DNA from: Lachnospiraceae bacterium | GTDB taxonomy: Bacteria; Bacillota; Clostridia; Lachnospirales; Lachnospiraceae | Reading direction: 5' to 3' | Assembly (NCBI GenBank): GCA_017517305.1 | Contig: JAFWZV010000011.1 | Location: 38,192-102,191, forward strand | DNA: 64,000 nt | In this document: piece by piece, positions 9,370-19,171 of the stretch | Layout of the letters: the number at the start of each line of letters is the position of its first letter | How positions within the stretch are numbered: position 1 is the first letter of the stretch | The notes under the pieces: generated by a model | What the model was told of the DNA's origin: nothing | Database searches by the model: none | The model's input: only the letters and a program-made list of their open reading frames with translations | Translations under genes and position numbers: made by a program

Positions 9370-10197
9370 ATGATGCGTTCGCTGTGGACTGCAGCCTCAG
9401 GTATGAGAGCGCAGCAGTTAAATGTAGATACAATTGCAAATAACATTTCAAATGTTAATACAACAGGATATAAGACACAGGAGGCAAGCTTTAAGTCACT
9501 TTTGTACCAAAACCTGCAGTCTACATCTACTAATAATGTAGGTGAGGACAAGCCGGTTGCGGCAGAGGTAGGACTTGGTACCAGACTTTCAGCTATTACC
9601 AGTAATTTTGCACAGGGTAATCTTAATGCCAGCACAAGACCATTTGATGTGGCTATAGAGGGAGATGGCTTTTTCCAGATTAGAAATGCAGCTGGAGAGC
9701 TTCTCTACACTAGAGATGGCACACTGAATGTATCTCCTGTACAGGGAGGAAACCTTCTTTGTACAGCAGATGGTTGTCCGGTGCTTGATCAGTTTGGTAA
9801 TAACATTATTCTTCCAGAGAGGTATAATGCTTCTGATGTGGAGATAGATCAAAATGGATACATAGGTTTCCCTAATCCAGATGGCAACTTTGCTCCATTG
9901 GCGGATAATGGATATCAGGTTAGATTAGGTCTATATCAGTTTAACAATCCTGCAGGACTTTCAAAGGCTGGAAGTAATGCATTTGCAGTTACAGCTGCTT
10001 CAGGTGAGGCTATGGCAGAGTTTGGAAATCCAAATCTTGAGCCAAGTATGACTCATCAGTATTACACTGAGGGATCAAATGTTGATGTTGCCAATGAAAT
10101 GGTTAATCTTATTGTAGCTCAGAGAGCCTACGAGATGAACTCAAAGGCTATTCAGGCTTCAGATGATATGATGCAGCAGGCTAATAACTTGAGATAA
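9370..10197 (+). CDS. flgG: Flagellar basal-body rod protein FlgG (FlhP-like)
   Basis: MMRSLWTAASGMRAQQLNVDTIANNISNVNTTGYK, EGSNVDVANEMVNLIVAQRAYEMNSKAIQASDDM. Confidence 0.93.
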   Translation: MMRSLWTAASGMRAQQLNVDTIANNISNVNTTGYKTQEASFKSLLYQNLQSTSTNNVGEDKPVAAEVGLGTRLSAITSNFAQGNLNASTRPFDVAIEGDGFFQIRNAAGELLYTRDGTLNVSPVQGGNLLCTADGCPVLDQFGNNIILPERYNASDVEIDQNGYIGFPNPDGNFAPLADNGYQVRLGLYQFNNPAGLSKAGSNAFAVTAASGEAMAEFGNPNLEPSMTHQYYTEGSNVDVANEMVNLIVAQRAYEMNSKAIQASDDMMQQANNLR

Positions 10198-10410
10198 TTG
10201 AGCCACGCAGTAATGTGCATATGAAACCGAGGTAAGCTTGCTTACCATAGGCTTCATATGGATGTTACTATGTGGCGAAGCCACACACCGACCCGAAACG
10301 AAGTGTAGGGGAGGTGAGGAGTGGCTCAATTATCTCAGTGGAACATAGATAGGCGAAGCCATGAACCGACTCGAAGCGGAGAGGAGGTGCGAGGATGGCT
10401 CAACTATCTA
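10190..10410. repeat. Nested palindromic intergenic element (REP/MITE-like), two related subunits
   Basis: Perfect 17-bp IR tgagataattgagccac (10190-10206) / gtggctcaattatctca (10321-10337) enclosing long hairpins; two GCGAAGC motifs (10275, 10353), each followed by ccgac...gagg...ggctcaa.tatct. Confidence 0.75.
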
Positions 10411-10432
10411 TACACTTAGGAAGGTGATCTAA

Positions 10433-10795
10433 ATGACTATAAACGGAATATCCGGTTCTGATTACAGCAACGTTATTGCCCAAACTCAGACCAGTGGCTT
10501 AGAGGGTGCTCTTGGAGCTATCGATAAAACCAAGGCAACTGATGAGGAGATGATGGCTGCCTGTAAGGAGTTTGAAGCATATATGATAGAACAGGTATAC
10601 AAATCTATGGAGAAAACTATCATAAAGGCTGACGAAGAAGAGAATGAATATGAAACATATTTTGGAGATATGAAGATCCAGCAGTACGCAAAAAGTGTTG
10701 TGGACCAGGGTGGTGTAGGACTTGCCCAGCAGTTGTACGACGCTATGAAGCGTAATTCGGGACCAACATCATTAACTGAGGCTACCACTGAGTAG
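10433..10795 (+). CDS. flgJ: FlgJ-type rod-binding protein (no muramidase domain)
   Basis: ACKEFEAYMIEQVYKSMEKT...YFGDMKIQQYAKSV...GGVGLAQQLY matches the rod-binding domain; follows flgG. Confidence 0.8.
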   Translation: MTINGISGSDYSNVIAQTQTSGLEGALGAIDKTKATDEEMMAACKEFEAYMIEQVYKSMEKTIIKADEEENEYETYFGDMKIQQYAKSVVDQGGVGLAQQLYDAMKRNSGPTSLTEATTE

Positions 10796-10807
10796 CCTCA
10801 TGTTGTT
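10777..10807 (+). terminator. Hairpin overlapping the flgJ stop, possible terminator
   Basis: tgaggctac/gtagcctca 9-bp stem followed by tgttgtt. Confidence 0.5.
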
Positions 10808-10859
10808 ATATATAACAGTTGATAATTAGTGTATATATTTAGAAAGGCCTTGGAGGAGC

Positions 10860-13202
10860 ATGACAAGAGAAGGTTACATAGAAAAGATAATATATTCTAA
10901 TGAGGAAAATGGTTACGCAGTGTTTGAGGTATCCGGGGAGGATGGAGAGGAAATCTTCGTAGGCAATGTATTCGGCGTGGCAGAAGGTCTGTACATTATA
11001 GCCGAAGGGGAATACGTTAATCACTCAAAGTATGACATACAGTTCAAGCTTACATCATGTGAGCTTAAATTCCCAGAGGACACAGTGGGTATCGAGAGAT
11101 ATCTTGGCTCTGGAATAATCAAAGGTATAGGAGAGGTCCTAGCCAAAAGAATAGTTAAAAAATTCAAATCAGACACCCTAAGAGTAATTGAAGAAGAGCC
11201 AATAAGACTTGCTGAGATAAGCGGAATTTCTGAGAGAAAAGCAAGAACCATTGCAGTTTCTTATGCAGAGAAAAAGGAATTTCAGGAGGTAATAATATTC
11301 CTTAGTCAATATGGAATATCTATTAATCTTGCAATTAAAATATATGAAAATTATGGAGATAAGGTCTACGAGATAATAAAGGGCAACCCATATAAGATTG
11401 CGGAGGATGTATCAGGCGTAGGCTTTAAAATAGCTGACCAGATAGCAAGAAAGATGGGTATACCATCAAACTCTGTGTACAGATTGCGCAGTTCGCTGCT
11501 TTACGTGCTCAATATGTCACAGGCAGAGGGACATATGTATTTGCCTAAGGATACATTGATTAGAAAAGCCATAGAGCTTACCAAAGGGTCTGAGTGGGAT
11601 TTGCAGGGTAATTCCTATGATGATTTTTCCTACGGCTATGCGGAGTATGTTGATTCACAAAGTGGAAGCACAGTATACGAGGAAATGTATGAGCTGATGA
11701 ATTCTCAGCTTGTGGAGCTGGCTACAGAAAGCAAGATAATTGAGAAGAATATAGAGGGAGTACTGGTTATATACAGTTCTGTGAACTATTATATTGAGCT
11801 TAACAGCGCTAGAATGCTACTAGATTTACAGTTAAAATATGATGTTGATGAGGAAGAACTGGATAATAATATTAGCGTAATCCAGAAGAAAAATAACATA
11901 GAGCTAGATGAGGTACAAGAGCAGGCGGTAAAGGAGGCTATAAAGGCGGGAGTTGCTGTTATTACAGGAGGTCCTGGAACAGGAAAAACCACCATAATAG
12001 ATGTAATTATAAAGTATTTTACCTCACAGGGTATGGAGATAAAGCTTTGCGCGCCAACAGGAAGAGCTGCCAAGCGTATGACAGAGCAAACCGGCTGGCC
12101 TGCAGAAACCATTCACCGTATGCTGGAATTTAATGGTGCTATAGATTCAGGGGATGACAAGGAAGACCAAGCATTAAAGTTTGGTAGAAATGAAGGTAAT
12201 CCTTTGGAGTGTGATGCTATAATTGTGGACGAGATGTCTATGGTGGATTCCTTTATCTTTCATTCTTTGCTTAAGGCTATAGTTCATGGAACAAGACTCA
12301 TATTAGTGGGAGATGTGCATCAGCTACCAAGTGTGGGTGCAGGAAATGTACTCAAGGATATAATTAATTCAGGTTGCTTTCCGGTTACAACCCTATCTAA
12401 AATATTTAGACAGGGTGAGGGTAGCGATATCATTTACAATGCTCACAAGATTAATCGCGGAGAGCATATTGAGATTCATAACAAGAGCAAGGATTTCTTC
12501 TTTATTCCTAGGAATGGAGTGGCAAATATTATAGAAGAGGTTAAGGTTTTGGTGTCAGATAATCTGCCAAAATATCTCAAGCTTAATCCTGAGGAGATAC
12601 AGATTTTAACCCCTATGAGAAAAGGAGATGTGGGCGTGTCTGGTATGAACGAAAAGCTTCAGGCATTGCTTAATCCTGAGAAGCCAGGAAAGCCTCAGAA
12701 GATAAAAAATGACGTGGTTTTCAGAGAAGGCGACAAGGTTATGCAGATAAAGAATGACTACAAGCAGGAGTGGAAAATCTATTCCAATAAGGGTAAAGCA
12801 GCAGGTTATGTAGTTGATGAGGGAGTGGGAGTATTTAATGGAGATGTTGGTACTATCACTGAGATTAGCGACTATGATGAGGAAGTGACTGTGCTATTTG
12901 ATGATGGTAGAGAAGCAGTGTATAGCTATAATAATTTAAATCAGCTAGAGCATGCATTTGCGGTCACCATACACAAATCTCAGGGAAGTGAGTATCCTGC
13001 TGTAATAATACCACTTCTGTCAGGACCACCTAAGCTTCTTAATAGAAATCTTCTCTATACTGCTATAACCAGAGCCAAGCAGATGGTGGTAATAGTGGGA
13101 AATATAAATCTGGTGAATCAGATGATAGATAACCTAGAGGAGCAGAAGAGATTTACATCCTTAGATCTTAGAATACAGGAGATGATGGATTATGATAGAT
13201 AA
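10860..13202 (+). CDS. recD2: ATP-dependent RecD-like DNA helicase RecD2 (SF1B)
   Basis: Walker A GGPGTGKTT, LCAPTGRAAKR, IVDEMSMVD, LVGDVHQLPSVGAG, HAFAVTIHKSQGSEY, LLYTAITRAK; N-terminal OB and HhH region. Confidence 0.95.
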   Translation: MTREGYIEKIIYSNEENGYAVFEVSGEDGEEIFVGNVFGVAEGLYIIAEGEYVNHSKYDIQFKLTSCELKFPEDTVGIERYLGSGIIKGIGEVLAKRIVKKFKSDTLRVIEEEPIRLAEISGISERKARTIAVSYAEKKEFQEVIIFLSQYGISINLAIKIYENYGDKVYEIIKGNPYKIAEDVSGVGFKIADQIARKMGIPSNSVYRLRSSLLYVLNMSQAEGHMYLPKDTLIRKAIELTKGSEWDLQGNSYDDFSYGYAEYVDSQSGSTVYEEMYELMNSQLVELATESKIIEKNIEGVLVIYSSVNYYIELNSARMLLDLQLKYDVDEEELDNNISVIQKKNNIELDEVQEQAVKEAIKAGVAVITGGPGTGKTTIIDVIIKYFTSQGMEIKLCAPTGRAAKRMTEQTGWPAETIHRMLEFNGAIDSGDDKEDQALKFGRNEGNPLECDAIIVDEMSMVDSFIFHSLLKAIVHGTRLILVGDVHQLPSVGAGNVLKDIINSGCFPVTTLSKIFRQGEGSDIIYNAHKINRGEHIEIHNKSKDFFFIPRNGVANIIEEVKVLVSDNLPKYLKLNPEEIQILTPMRKGDVGVSGMNEKLQALLNPEKPGKPQKIKNDVVFREGDKVMQIKNDYKQEWKIYSNKGKAAGYVVDEGVGVFNGDVGTITEISDYDEEVTVLFDDGREAVYSYNNLNQLEHAFAVTIHKSQGSEYPAVIIPLLSGPPKLLNRNLLYTAITRAKQMVVIVGNINLVNQMIDNLEEQKRFTSLDLRIQEMMDYDR

Positions 13203-13917
13203 GATAAGGGCTATCTCAGAGGGTATTAGTCGTGTCCTGTATCCAGAAAGCTGTCCTCTATGTGGAAGGGTCATAGGAGGGAAAGAGCTTTGTTGTAATG
13301 AATGTATGTCAAAGCTAAATCCTATAAAGTCACCTGTATGCCTAAAATGTGGTCAGGAGATAAATGATCAAGAGACGGATTGCTGTGGTGATTGTGCAAC
13401 CATGCAAAGACATTATGTAAAAGGTTTTCCTTGCCTTAGCTATAATCAGCATATGGCAAAGTGTTTGTCAGATTTTAAATATCATAATATGAGATGTTAT
13501 AGTAGATTTTTGGCTGACATAATAGTCAGGGAGAGGGGAAAGGAAATCTTGCTTGCTTCCCCAGAGGTAATTGTGCCAGTGCCTGTTCACAAGTCCAAGC
13601 TAAGAGATAGAGGCTATAATCAGGCTGAGGTATTAGGTGCAGAGCTTGGGCGAAGGTTAAAGCTACCTGTGGATACAGGCCTTGTTCTCAGGGATTCCAA
13701 AACCACGCCTCAAAAAGGTCTAAGCAATCATGAAAGAGAGGAAAACTTAAAAAGGGCTTTTATTTCTTCTGGAAAAATAGTAAAATATAAGAGTGCACTG
13801 ATAGTAGATGATATTTATACTACAGGAGCCACAGTTGAGGCATGTACAAGAGTGCTTCAAAGTATGGGGATAAAGGAAGTATATTACACAAGTGTATGTA
13901 TAGGAAAGGGTTATTAG
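13192..13917 (+). CDS. comF: ComF family protein (double zinc ribbon + PRTase domain)
   Basis: CPLCGR, CLKCG Cys pairs; VPVPVHKSKLRDRGYNQAEVL; LIVDDIYTTGATV. Confidence 0.9.
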   Translation: MIDKIRAISEGISRVLYPESCPLCGRVIGGKELCCNECMSKLNPIKSPVCLKCGQEINDQETDCCGDCATMQRHYVKGFPCLSYNQHMAKCLSDFKYHNMRCYSRFLADIIVRERGKEILLASPEVIVPVPVHKSKLRDRGYNQAEVLGAELGRRLKLPVDTGLVLRDSKTTPQKGLSNHEREENLKRAFISSGKIVKYKSALIVDDIYTTGATVEACTRVLQSMGIKEVYYTSVCIGKGY

Positions 13918-13918
13918 T

Positions 13919-14317
13919 ATGGATTTAAGAAATTGTCAAAGATGTAAAAAAATATTTCACTATGTAACTGGAGAGCAGCTTTGTATGCCATGTAAGGAGC
14001 AGGTGGAGGAGCAGTTTCAGACAGTTAAAAAATACATAGAGGAGCATCCTGGTGCAAATATTAATGTTGTGTCTGAAGAGTGTGAGGTATCCATTAAGCA
14101 GATTAGAAAGTGGGTGCGTGACGAGAGACTTTCTTTTACAGATGATTCCTTGGTAGGACTTGAGTGTGAGCGCTGTGGAAAGATGGTACATAGTGGACGT
14201 TTCTGTAATGAGTGTGCAGGTGGTTTGGCAGATGCTATGAATAATGCATTCAGAAAACAGGTAGAAGCTAAAAAGCCAAAGGGAAGTGCGGCTGGAAAGA
14301 TGAGATTTTTGGAGTAA
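13919..14317 (+). CDS. yvyF: Flagellar operon protein YvyF-like (zinc-ribbon, MerR-like HTH)
   Basis: RNCQRCKKIF...LCMPC, KWVRDERL, CERCGKMVHSGRFCNEC; sits between comF and flgM. Confidence 0.85.
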   Translation: MDLRNCQRCKKIFHYVTGEQLCMPCKEQVEEQFQTVKKYIEEHPGANINVVSEECEVSIKQIRKWVRDERLSFTDDSLVGLECERCGKMVHSGRFCNECAGGLADAMNNAFRKQVEAKKPKGSAAGKMRFLE

Positions 14318-14391
14318 GACAATATATTGTTATATATTGATAATTAGGTAACTTACGGTAACCGATTACATGTTAAGTTTAAGGAAGAATT

Positions 14392-14441
14392 AACCGAGAT
14401 ATTAAGTGTAAGACTTAAGTATCTCGGTTTGTTTTTATTTT
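14392..14441 (+). terminator. Intrinsic terminator after yvyF
   Basis: aaccgagata-ttaagt / acttaa-g-tatctcggtt stem then tgtttttatttt. Confidence 0.8.
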
Positions 14442-14467
14442 AGTACATAAAAAATCCTGAAAAAAGG

Positions 14468-14494
14468 TTATGTAATTCTGAAAAAAACCGATAA
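14468..14494 (+). promoter_or_regulatory. sigma28 promoter of the flgM operon
   Basis: TTAT-15 nt-ACCGATAA. Confidence 0.65.
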
Positions 14495-14529
14495 ACTAAG
14501 TGAAGAATAATTTACAAGGAGGGATAGTT

Positions 14530-14817
14530 ATGCGAATAGGTACTTACAACATGGTTAATCAAATCTATGGTTCTAAGAACACTAAGAAGTCTAGCTCAGT
14601 GAATGGTACCGGTTATGCAAGCTTCAAGGATGAGGTTACATTTTCTAGCATGGGCAAGGATATGCAGGTAGCTAAGAATGCTTTGGCTAATGTGCCTGAT
14701 GTAAGAGAAAGCAAGGTTAATGACATTAAGGCTAGAATTCAGAATGGAACTTACAACGTTAGCTCAGAGGCATTTGCTGATAAGCTTATTAGTGCGTATA
14801 AGGCAAAGTCAATTTAG
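14530..14817 (+). CDS. flgM: Anti-sigma28 factor FlgM
   Basis: DEVTFS, PDVRESKVNDIKARIQNGTYNVSSEAFADKLI; ATG 14530 behind aaggaggg RBS. Confidence 0.92.
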   Translation: MRIGTYNMVNQIYGSKNTKKSSSVNGTGYASFKDEVTFSSMGKDMQVAKNALANVPDVRESKVNDIKARIQNGTYNVSSEAFADKLISAYKAKSI

Positions 14818-14845
14818 TTGGAGATAGGTAAAGGAGTAACTTATT

Positions 14846-15373
14846 ATGGCAAGCTTAATCGAGAATTTAATAACAGGACTTAATGAGGAGTATGCTGTGT
14901 ATGAGAAACTTCTTGAGGTGTCTATGGAGAAGACATCATCCATTATCTCCAACAACCTTGACAGGCTTAAAGCAACAACTGACAAGGAGCAGGCTTTGGT
15001 AGATGTTATTACAAGCTACGAGAGCAAGAGAAACAGTACTATGGCCAATATCGCCAGTGTACTTAATAAGAAGGCATCAGAGCTTAAGATATCAGATGTA
15101 GTTAGCTTTTTAGATGGCCAGCCAGAGTTTAGAGAGCCTCTAGTGGAGATTAATGAAAAGCTAGCTAAGATAGCTAGAAAGCTAAAGGATGTTAACGCCC
15201 ACAATCAGAATTTGATTATGGAATCTCTGTCTATGATAGAGTACAATATTAATCTTTTACAGAATTTGAACAGAGCCCCTGAGACTGCGGAGTACAGCCG
15301 CGATATGTTTAGAGGTCAGGGCGGATATGCAGGAAGTATGGACATGCCTGGTAAGTTTGATACCAAGCAGTAA
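14846..15373 (+). CDS. flgN: Flagellar export chaperone FlgN
   Basis: Helical protein between flgM and flgK; LKDVNAHNQNLIMESLSMIEYNINLL. Confidence 0.85.
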   Translation: MASLIENLITGLNEEYAVYEKLLEVSMEKTSSIISNNLDRLKATTDKEQALVDVITSYESKRNSTMANIASVLNKKASELKISDVVSFLDGQPEFREPLVEINEKLAKIARKLKDVNAHNQNLIMESLSMIEYNINLLQNLNRAPETAEYSRDMFRGQGGYAGSMDMPGKFDTKQ

Positions 15374-15417
15374 TTTTTTATTTTAGATACTATTTTGATT
15401 TAGGAAGGTGAGCTTTC

Positions 15418-17238
15418 ATGAGCGGAACAATGGGAAGATTGTCCATAGGTGTTACAGGCTTACAAACTAGCCAATATGCACTTAATGCGACAGCACACAA
15501 TTTAATGAATACACAGACCCAGGGCTACAGCCGTCAGCAGGTTATGCTCACTGATAGAACATACAGAGGACTTGGAACAACCAATGTCTTCGGAGAGAAC
15601 AAGGCTGGACTTGGAGTAGTAACTGCAGAGATTAAACAGGCTAGAGATAATTTCGCAGATGCTGCTTATAGAGCAGAGAGTGGAAGAATGAACTACTACA
15701 AGGCACAGTATGAGACCGCTTCAGAGATTGAGACATATTTTGGAGAGCTGGAGGGTCAGGATTTTAATACGTCAATGAATGAGCTGTGGCTTAGCTTACA
15801 GGAGCTTCAGAAGGAATCTAACAGTATTGTTACCAGAAGCTCATTTATATCAACAGCCCAGCTTTTTTTAGATAGAGTGCAGGATATAAGATCAAGCTTT
15901 ATTAATTATCAGAGAAATCTTAATGTGGAGATTCAGAATCAGGTTAAGAGAATTAACGAGATAGCTGATGAGGTATTAGAGCTCAATGATACTATTCTTG
16001 CTTGTGAGGCATCAGGTATAGAACGTGCTAATGATTACAGAGATGCCCGCAACCTTTTACTAGACGAGCTTAGTGGACTTGTTAAGACTGAGATAGTTAA
16101 CAATGTAGATGGAACAGTTGAGTTATATATAGAAGGTAGATGCCTTGTTACAAGAGGCAAGACCTACGAGCTTGGAACTATCAAGGTTTGTGATAGTGAG
16201 CAGTATCTGGCACAGTATGATTTTGCAGAGGATGCAACAGACTTTATGATGCCGGTTTGGGTGGATGATGAGACTGCTTTATACAATATTAATAAGCTAC
16301 CTAGTATGGAAAGTAATACTGACATAGGTTCCCTTAAAGGGCTTATGATGTCCAGAGGATATTTTGTAAGTAATTACACAGATGTACCTTCTAAGCCAGA
16401 CAAGCCTGTGGCAGAGGATTTCGCAACTACCGCAGAATATGATGATGCAATGGCCCAGTACGAGCAGGATATGAATACATATGTAGAGAAGCTAGACTAC
16501 TTTAACAAATACGTAGAGCCATATACAGTTACCAATCTGATGGCACAGTTTGATGTATTGGTACATGCCATAGTAACAGGATTCAATGATCTCCTTTGTC
16601 CTAACAAAGAGGTTACCCTTGGAGATGGAACCGTTATTAAGGTTTTGGATGAAGAAAAGGCAGGCATGGGAATGGGTGTAGGCAATGAGTATCCGGGAAC
16701 TGAGCTTTTCGTTAGAAAGAGCACTCCTAGATATACAGAGCAGACCTTCCGTATGGCGGATGGTTCTATAGAAACCTTTATGGTATATAACCAGGAGAGC
16801 GAGGATGATTTCTACTCCCTTTATACAGCTGGTAATATTGAGATTAACGATAAGCTTCTTCAGAATCCATCCCTCTTACCACTTACCATGATAACTGGTG
16901 AAGAGGCTCAGGAAAATGTGGATGCTATGTTAGAGCTTTGGAACACAAAGTTTGCTACAGTAAGTCCAAACTCATTGGTTGAGTGTAACTTTATGGACTA
17001 TTACGCAGGAATGATGGAGGACTTAGCTGACAGAGGTTATACATATAACAATATGGCACAGACTCAGCAGCAATCCGTAACAGATATAGAGAATTTGAGA
17101 CAGACAGTTGTTGGTGTATCATCAGATGAGGAGCTTTCTAATATGATTAAGTTCCAGCATGCATACAATGCATCCTCAAGATATATCAACACAGTATCAG
17201 AGATGATAGAACATCTTATCAATACACTTGGAGTATAG
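15418..17238 (+). CDS. flgK: Hook-associated protein FlgK (copy 1)
   Basis: GLQTSQYALNATAHNLMNTQTQGYSRQ; GVSSDEELSNMIKFQHAYNASSRYI. Confidence 0.92.
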   Translation: MSGTMGRLSIGVTGLQTSQYALNATAHNLMNTQTQGYSRQQVMLTDRTYRGLGTTNVFGENKAGLGVVTAEIKQARDNFADAAYRAESGRMNYYKAQYETASEIETYFGELEGQDFNTSMNELWLSLQELQKESNSIVTRSSFISTAQLFLDRVQDIRSSFINYQRNLNVEIQNQVKRINEIADEVLELNDTILACEASGIERANDYRDARNLLLDELSGLVKTEIVNNVDGTVELYIEGRCLVTRGKTYELGTIKVCDSEQYLAQYDFAEDATDFMMPVWVDDETALYNINKLPSMESNTDIGSLKGLMMSRGYFVSNYTDVPSKPDKPVAEDFATTAEYDDAMAQYEQDMNTYVEKLDYFNKYVEPYTVTNLMAQFDVLVHAIVTGFNDLLCPNKEVTLGDGTVIKVLDEEKAGMGMGVGNEYPGTELFVRKSTPRYTEQTFRMADGSIETFMVYNQESEDDFYSLYTAGNIEINDKLLQNPSLLPLTMITGEEAQENVDAMLELWNTKFATVSPNSLVECNFMDYYAGMMEDLADRGYTYNNMAQTQQQSVTDIENLRQTVVGVSSDEELSNMIKFQHAYNASSRYINTVSEMIEHLINTLGV

Positions 17239-17250
17239 GAGGTGACGTAG

Positions 17251-19119
17251 ATGCCATCAACATTTTTAGGACTTAATACAGGACTTTCAGGACTTAACTA
17301 TTTTCAGTCAGCCCTGAATACAACTTCACACAATATTTCTAATGCTAATACAGAGGGTTATTCCAGACAGCAGGTTGTAGTATCCGCTACAGATCCACTT
17401 AGACTACACCAAAGCTATGGTATGATGGGTACTGGAGTTGCTGGAGATAGCATCGACCGTCTTAGGAATGAATTCTATGACAACAAGTATTGGGCAGCTA
17501 ATTCTAAGTATAATAAGTACTATACACAGAATGATAATCTTGCCACACTTCAGACATACATGAACGAGATGACAGGTGAGGCGGGCTATACTGAGTGGTT
17601 GTCTAAGATGTCGCAGGCCCTTCAGGATTTGGCAGACAACCCAGCAGATTACACAACAAGAATTTCATATACACTTACAGCTGACGGCTTTACAGATATG
17701 ATGAATGAGATGGCTAACAATTTCCAGAACACTCAGAAAACTATCAATGATGAGATAGAGCTTGCTGTTAGTGAGATTAATTCCTTAGCTAAGCAGATAT
17801 ATGAGCTTACACAGCAGATTATTAATGTTGAGCTTAAGGGTGGTAATGCAAATGACCTTAGAGATAAGAGAGGAGTTTGTATCGATACTCTTTCTGAGTA
17901 CGCTGATGTAGAGGTAATTGAAAAATCTATTATGTATGGCGTAGGTCATGACCAGGTTCCTTCCAATGCAGAAGCATTATCTGTTCGTATCAATGGAGCA
18001 ATTCTTGTTGATGAAATGGAATATAACGAGTTAATGGTAGTTCCAAGAAGCGAAAATATTAACCAGACAGATGTAGAGGGTTTAGTAGATGTATTCTGGA
18101 AATGTGCAGATGGCACAGCAGGAGAGCATTTTGATTCACTTCACACAGAGGGTAAGCTTCAGGGACTTTTCGAAATCAGAGATGGTAATAATGGAGAGAA
18201 TTTAAAAGGAAGCGTAAAGTCAGTTTCAGAGAATCCTTCCAGTGTTGCTCTTGATATTCCGACACCTATACATGTTTATAATCTGAATATTCCTCAGCAG
18301 GGTATTATAAACCTTAATGGTAAGGATTATATGTATGACGGTTGGACCGCAGATTATGATGCAGATGGGTATCTTACTAACTTTGAATTCAACAATATGA
18401 CCATGTTTGATGAGAAGGGCGTTGAGATATCAGCCAAGTTCCCACAGGGAATAGAAGGAAAAACTGCTAAGATAGGAGAATACATTTCTGTTAAAGGTAT
18501 TCCTTATTATATGGCAAGATTTAATGAGATGGTTAGAACCTTCTCTGACTATATGAACTCTATTGTAACAGAGGGTGTTGATGAGAATGGTGATCCAGCA
18601 CTTGATATGTTTACAGCAGAGGATGCAGAAGGTAACGATTTTGTGCTTAAGGGCACTATGGAGGGTGCAGGAACGCTTAAATCCACAGATTCTTCTTATT
18701 ATAGACTTACAGCTCTTAACTGGGAGCTTAATCAGCAGTGGAAGAAGGATCCTGCTAAGGTAGCAGTATCCTATGCAGATGATATAGCACAGGGTGATGT
18801 GGAGGCAAGACCATTAGTTGATAAGTTTATATACGGTATGACAGATATGACCATGTTTTCACAGGGTACTGTATCACATTTTATGCAGTCTATAACCACA
18901 ACTATGGCAGTAGACATTTCAAAGACTAATACATTTGCTGCTAATCAGGACGACATCAAATACACTATAGATAGCCAGCGTACATCGGTATCAGGTGTAG
19001 ACGAGAACGAAGAGGCAGCGGATTTAACCAAATTCCAGAATTTGTACAATCTTGCATCAAAGGTTATATCAGTTCTGAATGAGGTATATGATAAGCTAAT
19101 TAATCAGACTGGAGTATAA
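17251..19119 (+). CDS. flgK: Hook-associated protein FlgK (copy 2)
   Basis: GLNTGLSGL...SHNISNANTEGYSRQ; SVSGVDENEEAADLTKFQNLYNLASKVI. Confidence 0.92.
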   Translation: MPSTFLGLNTGLSGLNYFQSALNTTSHNISNANTEGYSRQQVVVSATDPLRLHQSYGMMGTGVAGDSIDRLRNEFYDNKYWAANSKYNKYYTQNDNLATLQTYMNEMTGEAGYTEWLSKMSQALQDLADNPADYTTRISYTLTADGFTDMMNEMANNFQNTQKTINDEIELAVSEINSLAKQIYELTQQIINVELKGGNANDLRDKRGVCIDTLSEYADVEVIEKSIMYGVGHDQVPSNAEALSVRINGAILVDEMEYNELMVVPRSENINQTDVEGLVDVFWKCADGTAGEHFDSLHTEGKLQGLFEIRDGNNGENLKGSVKSVSENPSSVALDIPTPIHVYNLNIPQQGIINLNGKDYMYDGWTADYDADGYLTNFEFNNMTMFDEKGVEISAKFPQGIEGKTAKIGEYISVKGIPYYMARFNEMVRTFSDYMNSIVTEGVDENGDPALDMFTAEDAEGNDFVLKGTMEGAGTLKSTDSSYYRLTALNWELNQQWKKDPAKVAVSYADDIAQGDVEARPLVDKFIYGMTDMTMFSQGTVSHFMQSITTTMAVDISKTNTFAANQDDIKYTIDSQRTSVSGVDENEEAADLTKFQNLYNLASKVISVLNEVYDKLINQTGV

Positions 19120-19171
19120 GGCTTCAGACACAAAATATGACGGATAGACGAATCCATAGGAGGTAGGTTGT

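Noticed and set aside
10804-10817. Perfect palindrome tgttatatataaca before recD2 (and caatatat/atatattg near 14320) as operators
   Set aside because: Almost pure A/T, likely by chance in this genome, and no match to a motif I can name
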